From an uncultured Nitrospiraceae bacterium (GTDB taxonomy: Bacteria > Nitrospirota > Thermodesulfovibrionia > Thermodesulfovibrionales > UBA6898), in the NCBI GenBank assembly GCA_963811165.1, contig CAWEQH010000001.1:32001-96000 (forward strand): DNA of 64,000 bases, given 5' to 3'. The notes beneath the pieces are model-generated. The model was given only the letters and a program-made list of their open reading frames with translations, was not told where the DNA came from and did no database searches. Position numbers and translations under genes: made by a program. This document shows positions 10,545 through 21,596 of the stretch, one piece after another. Numbering within the stretch: the stretch's first letter is position 1; each line of letters begins with the position of its first letter.

Positions 10545-11500
10545 GACAATTTATCTCCATTATACGTTTTATTAAAATCCGGTCGCTTTCGATTACTCAC
10601 CATTTCATTTATCTTCAGTATCACCTGTAACGCATCAAGCGCCTCGCGGCCCGACACCTTTGGTCTGCTCCTTGTCTCAACGCAGCGGATGAAGTCCTTC
10701 AGTTCCTCCTTAAGGGGTTCCTTTCCTTCCGGTCTCACGGTATCGACGGACATATCCGGGCCGTTCTTAAAGTAACGCCTGACTTCATGGTTTTGGTAAT
10801 CGACGGAGATGAATGAATCTTTCTGAAATACCATCAGCCTTCTTCGTTTCTCGGGAGAAAGTCTGCTTGCTGTAATCATGGCCTTGCATCCGTTTTCGAA
10901 CTCGAGCCAGACCTTTGCCAGGTCGATCTTCTCCGTAAGGACACTTTCTCCCACCGCCCTGATATCGGTCAATTTTGACCGCACGATGCTCAACACGATA
11001 TCCACATCGTGGATCATGAGATCAAGCGTAACGTCCACGTCGGTCCCTCTTCCCAAAAAAGGTGAGAGACGCTCCGACTCCACAAACCAGGGCTCCCCTA
11101 TCATCCCTGAGGCCGCGATAATGCCGGGGTTATATCTTTCGAGATGTCCCACCTGAAGAATGAGGCTTCTCTTGGCCGCCTCCCGAATAAGGTCCTCACC
11201 CTCACCCAGGCCCTCTGTGATGGGCTTTTCGAGCAGTACGTCCTTGCCCGCCCTAAGACAATCCATGGCTATCGCATAGTGCGTTATTGTCGGGGTCACG
11301 ATACTCACTGCATCGCAGAGGGGAAAAAGGTCCGTATATTTTGAAAAAGACCTGCCCCCATACAAATTCGCGATCTCAGCGGCTTTGCCTTCCCCGGTAT
11401 CGGCAACGGCCGTAAGCTCGGCCCCTTCGAGTTCCGAATATATCCTTGCGTGGTGTCGTCCGAGGTACCCTACCCCGATTACTCCTATGCGTACAGACAT
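10541..11500 (-). CDS. gnnA: Gfo/Idh/MocA oxidoreductase, probable GnnA (UDP-GlcNAc 3-dehydrogenase)
   Basis: GVIGVGYLG, EKP, GHLERYNP, DLMIHD; start chosen at ATG 11500 after an AGGAG RBS. Confidence 0.8.
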   Translation of the reverse strand: MSVRIGVIGVGYLGRHHARIYSELEGAELTAVADTGEGKAAEIANLYGGRSFSKYTDLFPLCDAVSIVTPTITHYAIAMDCLRAGKDVLLEKPITEGLGEGEDLIREAAKRSLILQVGHLERYNPGIIAASGMIGEPWFVESERLSPFLGRGTDVDVTLDLMIHDVDIVLSIVRSKLTDIRAVGESVLTEKIDLAKVWLEFENGCKAMITASRLSPEKRRRLMVFQKDSFISVDYQNHEVRRYFKNGPDMSVDTVRPEGKEPLKEELKDFIRCVETRSRPKVSGREALDALQVILKINEMVSNRKRPDFNKTYNGDKLS

Positions 11501-11602
11501 TCTTCTCCTATTGTAAAATTGACTGATATTTTGCACTATCGGGCGTTCTTTCAGCAAGAATTTAACGCGTGAAGAGAAAAATTGGCAATCAACAATTTGA
11601 TA

Positions 11603-11632
11603 TTGACAAACGTTTCTGTCTGCTGCTAATTT
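11603..11632 (+). promoter_or_regulatory. Putative sigma70 promoter of the secreted-protein operon
   Basis: TTGACA-N18-TAATTT with TG extension, ~90 nt upstream of the GTG at 11721. Confidence 0.4.
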
Positions 11633-11720
11633 ATTAGCGTGCCTCCCGGGGTTGGGGAATACCGGGGATAAATCACTATAATGGAGCGTGCGACAACGTG
11701 CGTTCATTTGGAGGGGGTTA

Positions 11721-14700
11721 GTGACAAAGGGAATTGTTAAGCTTCTGGTCCTGATGATTGCTATTGTGCTTTCGCCGTCCTCACGGAGTTTCGCAGCTGA
11801 TAACGACATAGAGAAAGACCTCCAGGAGAAACTCAAACAAAGCAGAGCGCTTCTTGAGAGGGCTGGGGAGAAACTCAAGGCCGGGGATTCCGCTCAAAAA
11901 GAGATGAGTACGCTTGTGGCCCTCTCTGAAAACATCAAGGCGTCTCATCTGCTGCTTAAGGAGAAGTTCAGGATCGGGGAGGAAGACATAAAGACGAGGG
12001 GGGCCAAGGCACTGGAGAGGCACAGGGTCATGGAAGAGGGTTATCAAAAGGCCCTTGCGGAATATCTGACTCTGATGGAAAGCCTACAATCCTCGGCAAG
12101 CACTGTAGGGGCGTATGGCAATACGTCCGATCGGGCTTCCCCCCCTGATAAGGGGGGAATGAGGGGGGTTACCGAAGACCTCAAAACGCTTCTTGATCAA
12201 ATCCTTCCTAAAACCAAAAGACCTATCATCGGCAGCCTCCCATACAGAAACCTCAATTACCCATCGAAAGAGCCCTACGCAGGGCCTTCCATCAGACCCG
12301 CATACAAGGGCGGCAACAAGACCGTAAGCCCCGACGACACAAAAGAGACTGCTGAGGCCCCGATATCCCAAGAGATCGCTACCCTTGCACAGTCCCTCAA
12401 CTGGAAGCCCGGTGCTTATCTATGAATACGTCAAAAAACAATATAGATACGAATGGTACTGGGGGTGCATGAAAGGGGCGGAGGAGACATTAAGGCAGAA
12501 GTCCGGAAACGATTGTGACCAGGCAACCCTGTTTGCGGCCCTTCTTCGCGCATCGGGGTTCCCGACAAGATACGTAAGGGGGACGATTGAGTTCTTTCCT
12601 GATATAAACAGCCATGAAAAGGAACAACCTTAGGCATAGACGACCCGGCAAGGATAGCAGAATATTTTCAGAAGGCCGGTATCCCCTATAAGCCTTCATA
12701 GCAGGGGGAAAGATAACGAACTTCCAGATCGAGCACATCTGGATCGAAAGCCAGATACCCTATGGAAACTACCGTGGGGCGATCATAGACGACAGCGACA
12801 AGACCTGGCTCGGGCTTGATACCAGCATAAAGGTGAAGGGCTATACCCATAAACACCCCGATGGATATCTTCGAGCAATCAGCCATGGGCAATCAGCTCT
12901 TAGTAATCAGGGATGAATATATGGGCACTATTCGAACACAAACACCGCTGGAATATGTAAAGGGCTCCATCGATAATTATCTTGCCCAAAGTCACCCGGG
13001 CATGACCTATAGTGATCTTCTCAGAACAAGGACATCGGTACCGCAAGTACTGGGCCTTCTCCCCAACAGCATGCAGTTTCAGCAGAGGAGGATAACGAAT
13101 GAATACACCGAGATACCGGATGAACTCAAGCACAAAGTAAGATTTACGGCAGTCGATAAAAATAACAACAGAACTCTTCAGCATCACAGTGGATACCATG
13201 AAACTTCCAATCAACAGATATGCGTTAAGCTATGAGCCCGAGACAGTTGAAGACCAAGAGACAATAGATTCCTACGGAGGACTGGACAATACACCGGCGT
13301 ATCTTGTGAGATTGAGGCCGGTTCTCAAAGTAGACGGAGATATGATCAGTGGCAGGCAAGGATGGACTGCCAATGGGAGAGGAGCATTCCCTGAAGATCG
13401 AACTCATATCCCCAAACGGAACAGAAACGATAACTAATACCCATATAACAGGCAATGTAGTTGCCATAGGGATAGTAGCGGGAAAAGTAACCCCCTCGCG
13501 CTCCCCCTTACCCCAAGGGGGAGACAATACAGGAGCGCCTGCTGAAAATAGGATGCGGAGACGATACTTTATAAAGAGGCGATCAATTACATCGACAGAT
13601 GGACAAGGCGGAGGATGAGCTTGCATCTCTTCTGCATCTGGACGATCACAAGACCAATACCCACGGTGGTAACAGTCGGCGGAGTATAGACGTCACCTAT
13701 CTCCTGGACATGCCGCATGGGTTTCAGTGGAAAGGGGTGTTTATCGATGCAAGTCTAAGGGCGATCAGACACTGTAGGGGCGCATGGCGATGCGCCCCCT
13801 GCAAGGTGAACAGGAAAAAGACATTCATGCAGCTTCGGCCTTCAGGGGTCGATCCTTGAAAACAGGATATTCGAGGATGATTTCCGGGTGGATTCCATAT
13901 CGACGGCAAAACTGTTTGAGATAGCCAACTCAAACCAGATACCCGATATTGTACGATAGACAAGTCGAATATTGCGTCAGTTCTTCCAACTCTTCCCTTT
14001 GATACAAACATTAAGGAAGACATATCGAACAGTGTAAACCAAAACCTGAAGGTCCGCATTCCACAGTCAGAAATAACCTATGACGACTGGACGGGAATCG
14101 GCTATATAAAGGAAAATCCTGAAACAGGTGAAGCAGGCTATATGCTCACGGGCATGATAGCAGGGGGAATGACGGCTGTATCGCCCGACAAATGGCTATC
14201 CGGAGATTTAAGGAACACATTGAAGAAACCTTATTCGGCAAACTTGTGATAACTCCTGTAATGGTAAATATAATCTTCCCGTATGATGGGGCAACTCTGG
14301 CTGTTTCGCCAATAGACGTTGAGGGGATTGTGAGCGATCCATTGCAAAGGTGGATGTAAACGGAATCAAGGCGGAAGTGTCTAAAGACTGGGAGGTTTAT
14401 CGCAAGGGGAGTATCTCTAGCAACAGGCGTAAACCAGATAACAGCCATTGCAACGTCGTTGATAGGGAAGAATGATTCACAGACCATCAAGTGTCAATTA
14501 TCAGCCAGCGCAGGTATACACCCATGAATATCTCCATAACGTATCCGGCTGACGGAGCATGCGATCAGCAGACCACGACGATGGTAAGAGGGACCTTTAC
14601 GTCTGATGCAAACGAGATATCGATCAAGATAAATGGAATGGCCGCCGACATATACGGCAACCAGTTTGTGATCAATAACTGTGCCTCTTGTGGATGGAAG

Positions 14701-15356
14701 ACAATGTGATTATAGCCAATGGGGTAGACAGCAACGGCGCAGTGGGAAGGGCGGAGGTTGCGGTGAAGGCTGACACAACGAAGCCATATATCACCCTCAG
14801 CGCAAACATCACAAGCGGAATCCCGCCGCTTACAACTTACTTCCAGATATCCACAGCGACACCAAATCCGATAGTGAGTTACCAGATGGATTTCGATGGA
14901 GATGGGGATATCGATTATACTGGGGATACATTTGACAATATAACTTACACATATACGACAGAGGGGATATATTACCCGACTGTTACGGTCACGGATGATC
15001 AGGGGAATACGTATACTGATTCGATTGCGATAACGGTGTTGAATAAAGACGCAGATTGATGCATTCTTAAAGGGAAGTGGGAGGGGATGAAGACAGCTTT
15101 AATGGACCGAGACATAGAAAAATCACTCGCCTATTTTATAGAACCAACCAGAGAAAGATACAGGACAGTACTTACCGGTCTCTCTGCTGAACAAGTCAGT
15201 TCAATTTTTTTAAGAATTATAAACATTCAAACCGATAGCGTAACTGAAAGAACTGCCGAATGTGGCGCCATGAGGGAAGAAACCGATGGGATATACTCAT
15301 ATCCCGTTACCTTCGTTAAGGATGAAGACGGTAAATGGTTGATAATGGGATTCTGA
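11721..15356 (+). CDS. Giant secreted transglutaminase-like domain protein with Ig-like, PKD and small C-terminal domains (~1200 aa), fragmented by many indels
   Basis: Signal peptide; GAEETLRQKSGNDCDQATLFAALLRASGFPTRYV, EHIWIE, WLGLD; YIKENPETGEAGYMLTGMIAGG; Ig-like ISITYP repeats; PKD-like SYQMDFDGDG...YTYTTEGIYYPTVTVTD; C-terminal KWEGMKTAL...YPVTFVKDEDGKWLI; the fragments join by single-base shifts. Confidence 0.75.
12105..12128 (+). repeat. GTAG-headed REP-like hairpin inside CDS
   Basis: GTAGGGGCGTAT-GGCA-ATACGTCC, read in frame as VGAYGNTS. Confidence 0.7.
12139..12172 (+). repeat. Palindromic repeat family A inside CDS
   Basis: CCCCCCCTGATAAGGGGGGAATGAGGGGGGTTAC, read in frame as PPDKGGMRGVT. 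Confidence 0.8.
13487..13523 (-). repeat. Palindromic repeat family A inside CDS
   Basis: GTAACCCCCTCGCG-CTCCCCCTT-ACCCC-AAGGGGGAG, read as VTPSRSPLPQGGD. Confidence 0.75.
13774..13800 (+). repeat. GTAG-headed REP-like hairpin inside CDS
   Basis: GTAGGGGCGCAT-GGCG-ATGCGCCCC, near-identical to the 12105 copy. Confidence 0.75.
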
Positions 15357-15394
15357 ATAATTTTTCGATTTATGGATAGAAAAGGAGAGATCGT

Positions 15395-16006
15395 ATGATT
15401 CGCTTTCTATATGTAATACTCATATTCGGCATGTTTGTCCTGAACTCTGGTTGTTCCGCCGGAATATCCGGCACCGTCGTTGATGCCGAAACCGGAAAAC
15501 CAATCGAGGGGGCTGTTATTCATGCGGACTGGGCAATGAGAAAAGGGGTTCCCGGTCTGCAATATAGTCAAGATTATGCAGTTGCCGAGGCAGTGACTAC
15601 TAAGAATGGAAACTTCAGGGTCTCAGGTGTAATGAATCCATTCGTCAGCCCTCCTACTGTAGTCATTTATAAAAAAGGATATGTTGCATGGAGAAATGAT
15701 TATATATTCCCTGACTATCAGCACAGAACAGGCTTTGAATGGAAAGGCAATAATGTAATTAAACTCGAACCATTTAAGAGATATTCACATTCGCGTCATG
15801 TCCTTTTTTTGGGAGGTGGACTCAGTATGAATGCATCTTTCAAGCTTGCACAAGCTTATGCATGGGAGGATAGCTTGGCTAGCAAGGAAGAAGAGATAGC
15901 GAGAGAAAAAAGAAAGGAAAAAAAACCAGGTGAATATACCGAAAAGGAGTTTTGGCAGGAGGTTGTTGATGAAGTATATTCACAAAAGGAAGCTGATAAA
16001 AAATGA
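15395..16006 (+). CDS. Lipoprotein with carboxypeptidase-regulatory-like (beta-sandwich) domain
   Basis: Signal peptide ending LNSGC (lipobox-like); ISGTVVDAETGKPIEGAVI...IYKKGY. Confidence 0.75.
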   Translation: MIRFLYVILIFGMFVLNSGCSAGISGTVVDAETGKPIEGAVIHADWAMRKGVPGLQYSQDYAVAEAVTTKNGNFRVSGVMNPFVSPPTVVIYKKGYVAWRNDYIFPDYQHRTGFEWKGNNVIKLEPFKRYSHSRHVLFLGGGLSMNASFKLAQAYAWEDSLASKEEEIAREKRKEKKPGEYTEKEFWQEVVDEVYSQKEADKK

Positions 16007-18415
16007 ACAGGCTATGTATTGGTATTAGTTTTCTTACATTTTTCACAATAGTATCTATTACAAATGCGTATGACAACAAGGATACCCACAGGAGAATAAC
16101 AGAGAACGCGGTACCGGGAGCAAAGCTCGATAATTATCTGAAGAATAGTCTAGGACTTGTTAGTGGAATTAAGGAGTATATAAGAGAAAAGCAAATAATT
16201 GAATGGCTGAAAGAAGGCTCCTACCTCGAAGACGTTCCCGCTTGTCGAGCTGTGAATCATTTTCACGATCCCACAAAACTGTGGAATGCCTCACAGATGA
16301 GTGATCAGCCTCCGTGGTTGGACGCATGGTGTATTGATTGGAAGCCTTTCTATTCAAACGTCACCTGGGCGACTGGATATTCGGACAGATCACTTGATGG
16401 CCTGAAAGTCGCGCTTCCCAAAACTGTTAACGCGCCCGTCAACTGGGACAGCGCCAGAGACTATTATTACAAGGCGCTGACCATGAAGGCAAAAGACAAC
16501 CGAGAAATCTATTTCACATGGACATTAGGAGCTGTAGGACAGGTCTTGCATCTTCTTCAGGACACGACCGTTCCTGCTCATGTCAGAAACGATTTCCAGT
16601 CACACCTTTTTAAGAATCAAAGCAGCATTCTTGGCGGATTGTTTGATCGGTATCAGCCTTATGAGCTTTATGTGCAAATCAACCCGGGACTTGTTACCAC
16701 TGCTGTCCCAGTGACGCCGTCATTTAGTGTTCCAGTACGACTCACGGATTATTGGGATACAAAAGATCTGTATAACAACAAACAGCCCTCTATCAGTGCT
16801 TCCATTGGGGCGTCTGAATTCACCAATGCAAATTACTTTAGTGATTTCACAATTGGGAATAATGCTCCGACACCAGAGCACACCTTTGATTATCCTTCGA
16901 TCGGTGGATCTGGTTATCAGATATGTACGGACTATGCACACGATTCATTAACCAAAAGAAAGTATGTCAGCAGAAAACCTTGTACACAGCTATCAGAAGG
17001 AAGAACTGCCGATCACTTTGCTGTGGCAAGTCTCATTAATCCAGAGTCGGCGATAGCCGCTGCGACAGCTAGCGGAAACCTGTCCTCTCTAAAATTGTGG
17101 CTCGATAACAACGTGCACAACACATATGCTAAAGACCTTCTTCCCCGCGCCGTCGGCTACTCGGCGGGTCTCTCTAAACTACTTCTTCCGAGGTGACATC
17201 CGACTAAGCTATGAGACAAGCGGCACATCCGGCTATGTCTTTATGAACAAGACCGGTGAGCGGGTGGAGGGGGACTTCACGATCTATTACGACACTGCGA
17301 AAGATGAGCGGTATCCCGTCTGGATAGGGAAAGGATATCTTGAGTCGACTATGGACGACAAGACAAACACAATCGATTTCATCCCTCCTGTCGACGCAAA
17401 GGAACCGGGCAAGTATATCGTCGTCTTCAAAGGAAAAATGGGCAATGAAGAGGGAGCAGTCGCCGGGTATGTATATCAAGGACGCTTGAAATAACCCCGC
17501 CTTCCCAGTTCATCTACTCCATGGTGGACGGGAGCGCGACCGACCCTAACTTCACGAGAATCAGAGCGAAAGTGAAGAACTCAAATACAAGCGAACAGAT
17601 GCGAAACGGAACGGTCCAGGCAGTGGCAAAATATAAAGCGGACACCAACGATACCGATTTCATTTATTCAGTGTCCGACTCTAAGGCGATAGACTTGAGC
17701 AACAATGCACAGGTGGAGGTTGAATTCAACTTCGATAATGACCCCATCCCTGTTGACGTAACCGACCTATACCTTCAGGTCATATTCAAAGGAAATATAG
17801 GGAACCGAAGACAACGCCGTTGCCATCGGCATAAAAGACATCAGCGAACCCACACCCATAGGCATCTTTAACAACATGGACAGGATCTGCATCAATGGGA
17901 AATGGTATGCGGCAGGCAGTTCAGAAGCGCATGATGCGTTGCCGGCCCCGGTAACGTGGGATTACTGGCCGCACGATTTGGAGAATGTGTTCATCAAGAT
18001 ATCCCCTGTCAATGCTCCAAGTGATGCATCGCAGACCAACTCTACTTTCTCTACGGCAAACATTGAACCAGGCGCCCTTTATCAAATGTTTATCCTGAGC
18101 GATTATGACTTTGTGTATAGCGACTATGGGTTTACGGTCGGGACAGACCCTGATGATTATTTTATACATGACGCTGCAATCAAGAAAGCAAGGACACAGG
18201 GGGCTGGGGTCCGAAACCAGACAGAATACAGTAACGACCCGGCATTTTGCTCACCGGCCATTACGCCGTGCCTTGTTACGCGCAGGCCGTCCTACTACTT
18301 TTTTAGGGGAGTGAAGATGTGGGGATCGGGCAGCTTTATAGTCGACGGGGTGTCGTATCCGAACTACACAGATCCCGGCTATATCCCGTGTTCATGGGAT
18401 GACCTGAAGCAATAA
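16003..18415 (+). CDS. Secreted protein with N-terminal Zn-dependent phospholipase C/P1 nuclease-like domain (~800 aa); three frameshifts
   Basis: Signal peptide then YDxxxTH, GSYLED, NHFHDP, GQVLHLLQDTTVPAH, YE; fragments 16003-17196, 17126-17494, 17521-17871 and 17876-18415 join into LEITPPSQFIYSMVDG and LQVIFKGNIGTEDNAVAIGIKDISEPTP. Confidence 0.72.
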
Positions 18416-18527
18416 GGCGCCGAAGTGCGAAAAGAGAATGGGGAAAGAAGAAATAGAAATGTCGATTTACGACATATGCGAAGTCGGCCAATAGCTGATC
18501 GCCAAAAGTAGTCACAGGAGGGATGTA

Positions 18528-18593
18528 ATGATCTCGATAACATATCCGTCGAACAACGCAGCGATCAACAGACCGGCGACGATGGTAAGAGGA
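18528..18593 (+). pseudogene. Truncated orphan copy of an internal Ig-like module of the giant protein
   Basis: AGGAGG RBS + ATG, encodes MISITYPSNNAAINRPATMVRG, matching 14524-14592; similarity stops just before the end of dgt. Confidence 0.7.
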
Positions 18594-18603
18594 ATGGCAG
18601 AGG

Positions 18604-19641
18604 CTATAGGACCGTCCACTGCTGGGGGAGAAAGATCCTTTCGTAGGTCATCAGGGCAAAACTGTCGGTCATGCCGGCGATAAAGTCGCAGACCATGCGA
18701 CCCTTGTTCGCTTTTTTTAACGGGGGGATGTCCTCGAAAACCTCCTCCGGGTGCTCCAAGTAATATTCATAGAGGTCCTTTAATATCTTTTTTGCCTTTC
18801 TAAATTCCCTCCTGATCACTTGACTTTCATATACCCGCTCATAAAGGAAATCCCTGAGCATATAGGCAGCTTCGGAGACCTCTTCACTCATCTTGAGCGC
18901 CTCGAGGTCTCGTTTGCGGGAGCTATAGATAAAGTCCTTCACCATTGAATCTATCCTTGCGGCGTGCGTTCCCCCAAGCACCTTTATGATCTTCCGCGGA
19001 ATGTCCGCCTCCCTGATCACCTCAGCCCTGAGTGCGTCGTCGAGGTCGTGATTGACATATGCGATGAGGTCAGAAACCCTCACTACCTGACCCTCAAGCG
19101 TCTTCGCCCGCTCCGCCTTCTTTTCAGGCATTATGAGCCCCTTGCCTTTTGAATGTTTCACAATGCCGTTTCTCACTTCGAAGGTAAGGTTCAACCCCTG
19201 CCCATCCCTCTCAAGGAAATCAACCACCCTCAGGCTCTGCTTATAATGGTCGAATCCGCCCGGGTGTATATCCCTCAGGATGTCTTCTCCTGCATGGCCA
19301 AACGGGGTATGGCCGAGATCGTGGCCAAGGGCGACCGCCTCGGTCAGGTCTTCATTGAGCCTCATGGCCCTCGCGATGGTCCGTGCGATCTGGGAGACCT
19401 CCAGCACATGCGTCAGACGAGTTCTGTAGTGGTCTCCCCTGGGGGCAAGAAATACCTGCGTTTTATGCTTCAGCCTCCGAAACGCCTTTGAATGAATAAT
19501 TCTGTCCCTGTCGCGCTGAAAACAAGTCCTTATCTCACCTTCTTTTTCAGGCCTTGTGCGGCCCTTGCTCCCTGAGCTGAGACACGCCTTGGGATGCAGG
19601 ACTTTGCCCTCAAGATCTTCTGTCTGTTCCCGAATGGTCAT
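18604..19641 (-). CDS. dgt: Deoxyguanosinetriphosphate triphosphohydrolase (HD domain)
   Basis: [52 protein letters not shown]. Confidence 0.95.
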   Translation of the reverse strand: MTIREQTEDLEGKVLHPKACLSSGSKGRTRPEKEGEIRTCFQRDRDRIIHSKAFRRLKHKTQVFLAPRGDHYRTRLTHVLEVSQIARTIARAMRLNEDLTEAVALGHDLGHTPFGHAGEDILRDIHPGGFDHYKQSLRVVDFLERDGQGLNLTFEVRNGIVKHSKGKGLIMPEKKAERAKTLEGQVVRVSDLIAYVNHDLDDALRAEVIREADIPRKIIKVLGGTHAARIDSMVKDFIYSSRKRDLEALKMSEEVSEAAYMLRDFLYERVYESQVIRREFRKAKKILKDLYEYYLEHPEEVFEDIPPLKKANKGRMVCDFIAGMTDSFALMTYERIFLPQQWTVL

Positions 19642-19682
19642 AGAGGTTATTGTACCTCAATCCCCGACTTCTTTTTCACACA

Positions 19683-20078
19683 TTATCCGGAGAAAGTGAG
19701 ATAAAGATCAGCGGCTATCGCGATTAAGGAAAGAAGAAAGATGATCGCATAATTGAGGTCCTCAGGAGAGGACTTGATGGAAGAAAGAAGGTAAAGGACC
19801 ACGTCCCTGTCCTCTTCCTCCAGACACCTATTGTCCCTTAATTTTTCCATCAGCCCAAAATCCTCTACCGCCTTTTTTCTTTTCTTAGAGATGCGGTAGC
19901 GGTAAAGGAAAAAGAAGGAGTACCCCAGGGCACCTATATACCAGGCCGGCCTGACCCACGAAGGTTCGAGATGCTGCAATATTATGACTGCCCTGAAAGC
20001 AATGGCCGAGATGAGACCGAGGATAAAGAAACCCACGATAATATATCTGGGCACCGTATGTGGTCTGCCGTTTGCCAT
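19683..20078 (-). CDS. Hypothetical membrane protein
   Basis: Three hydrophobic segments; co-oriented within the gene run. Confidence 0.7.
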   Translation of the reverse strand: MANGRPHTVPRYIIVGFFILGLISAIAFRAVIILQHLEPSWVRPAWYIGALGYSFFFLYRYRISKKRKKAVEDFGLMEKLRDNRCLEEEDRDVVLYLLSSIKSSPEDLNYAIIFLLSLIAIAADLYLTFSG

Positions 20079-20132
20079 CGAGATCAAGCCGTTTCAGTCC
20101 GAGCACTGCATACGCGCTTCAGCAGTTCCCCG

Positions 20133-21596
20133 CTACTCTTTGGTCTGTTCGAATCCCTGTTTCGCCTTTTCATTGGCGGGATCGATCTTCAGCGCTTTTT
20201 CGAAATTGCTGTGGGCCCTTTTCTTTATGCCGGCCTTCGTGTAAAGGAGTCCGAGGTTGGCATAATGGTCCGCATTGAAAGGCTCAAGCTTGACCGCAGC
20301 AAGGAGGGCCTCTTCGGCATCCTTGAGCTTTCCCGGCATCTTCGAAAGAGCAAGGGAAAGGTAACTCCAGTGCTGGGCGCTATTGGGCGCCAGTTTGGTT
20401 GCCCACGTAAAATTCTCGACCGCCCCCCGGAAATTTCCCTTCTTGAACTCATCAACTCCCCTCTTAAACTGGTCCTCAGCCTTCATGTCTCCGGAGGGTC
20501 CTTCTCCTCGTCCGAGGCTGACCGCCGTAAGTAAATATTCCTCACGGGTTTTTTCATCCTTTAGCGAGTCATAGGCCCTGGTAACCGCATCAAAGATTTC
20601 GGTAAGTTTTGCCTTCATAGAATTGTCGGCGACTGTAAAATTCCGATCGGGGTGGAATTCCTTGGCGAGCCGGTAATAATTTTTCTTTATCGTTTCTTCG
20701 TCCGCCTTTGAATCTATTTCGAGCAATTCATATTCGCTCATAACGCCCAGCTTTGCATAAATCGATTCCACCCTCCTAAGAAGCGACGCCTCCTCTTCAG
20801 AATGGGGCCTTAATATCTCATCCAGCAGCTCCGGTTCTTCCGGGGTCCCCAAGGCCTCTTCAACGAATGCGTCGGCCTTAATAGCGGTCGTCTGCTCGAC
20901 GATCCCTATCGCCCAAAGAACGTAGAGTATCTTTAATGCCTCGAAAGAACCAAGCCATGAATTCTCGATGACCTCCTTGATGGTTTTTTTTCCGTCGATA
21001 AGGGAGAGTATCTTTCCGTCCTGGGAACTGAGTTCGATGCCCTGAAAAAGGCTGAGAGGGTCGCCGCTCAACCGTAAAACGGAATCCGTCTCCGGCATTT
21101 CATTGCGGATCTTCGTCCAGTTGTCGATTTTTTTCACGCCCTCATATATCAGGTTGCCCATGCTCATCTTGAGGGTGATGACCTCCTGCGTAGGTATTTG
21201 CCCTTCCCTGAATTCATACTCCGCCTCCTCCAGGAGGAACATGCTGTGGATGATCTCTTTTACCTGATACTTTACCCCCCAAAAAAGGTCCTTTGGGGTC
21301 AAATAGCCGAGTTCCACAAGGATCGCTCCCAGCCTTTTCTTCGAGGCCTTCAGGATCTCTACAGCCCTGTCGTACTGTTCCACCGTAATTTTGTCTGCTT
21401 TGAGCAGCATCTCCCCGAGTCTGTCGTCCTCGTACGTGGAGGAGGCAAAAATGGCGTCCCCGGCATTGAGATATATTTCCTTCGTAAAAACAGGTGTCCT
21501 AAGAGAAAGCGTACCGGTCTTCCTGTTTCGGTTGAGGTAGACCAGCAATTTTACGAGACTCACATCCTTAACGTTGCCCGTCAGCGGTATTTCCAT
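20133..21596 (-). CDS. DUF4388 (GYF_2/PATAN-like) + DnaJ + TPR protein
   Basis: N-terminal LxGxxxxxxxxxLL...KTGTL; J-domain YYRLAKEFHPD; C-terminal TPRs. Confidence 0.85.
   Translation of the reverse strand: MEIPLTGNVKDVSLVKLLVYLNRNRKTGTLSLRTPVFTKEIYLNAGDAIFASSTYEDDRLGEMLLKADKITVEQYDRAVEILKASKKRLGAILVELGYLTPKDLFWGVKYQVKEIIHSMFLLEEAEYEFREGQIPTQEVITLKMSMGNLIYEGVKKIDNWTKIRNEMPETDSVLRLSGDPLSLFQGIELSSQDGKILSLIDGKKTIKEVIENSWLGSFEALKILYVLWAIGIVEQTTAIKADAFVEEALGTPEEPELLDEILRPHSEEEASLLRRVESIYAKLGVMSEYELLEIDSKADEETIKKNYYRLAKEFHPDRNFTVADNSMKAKLTEIFDAVTRAYDSLKDEKTREEYLLTAVSLGRGEGPSGDMKAEDQFKRGVDEFKKGNFRGAVENFTWATKLAPNSAQHWSYLSLALSKMPGKLKDAEEALLAAVKLEPFNADHYANLGLLYTKAGIKKRAHSNFEKALKIDPANEKAKQGFEQTKE

Noticed and set aside
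18604..19641. dgt as an antiphage dGTPase belonging to the accessory operon
   Set aside because: Opposite strand, last gene of a housekeeping run, and looks like the ordinary short Dgt type
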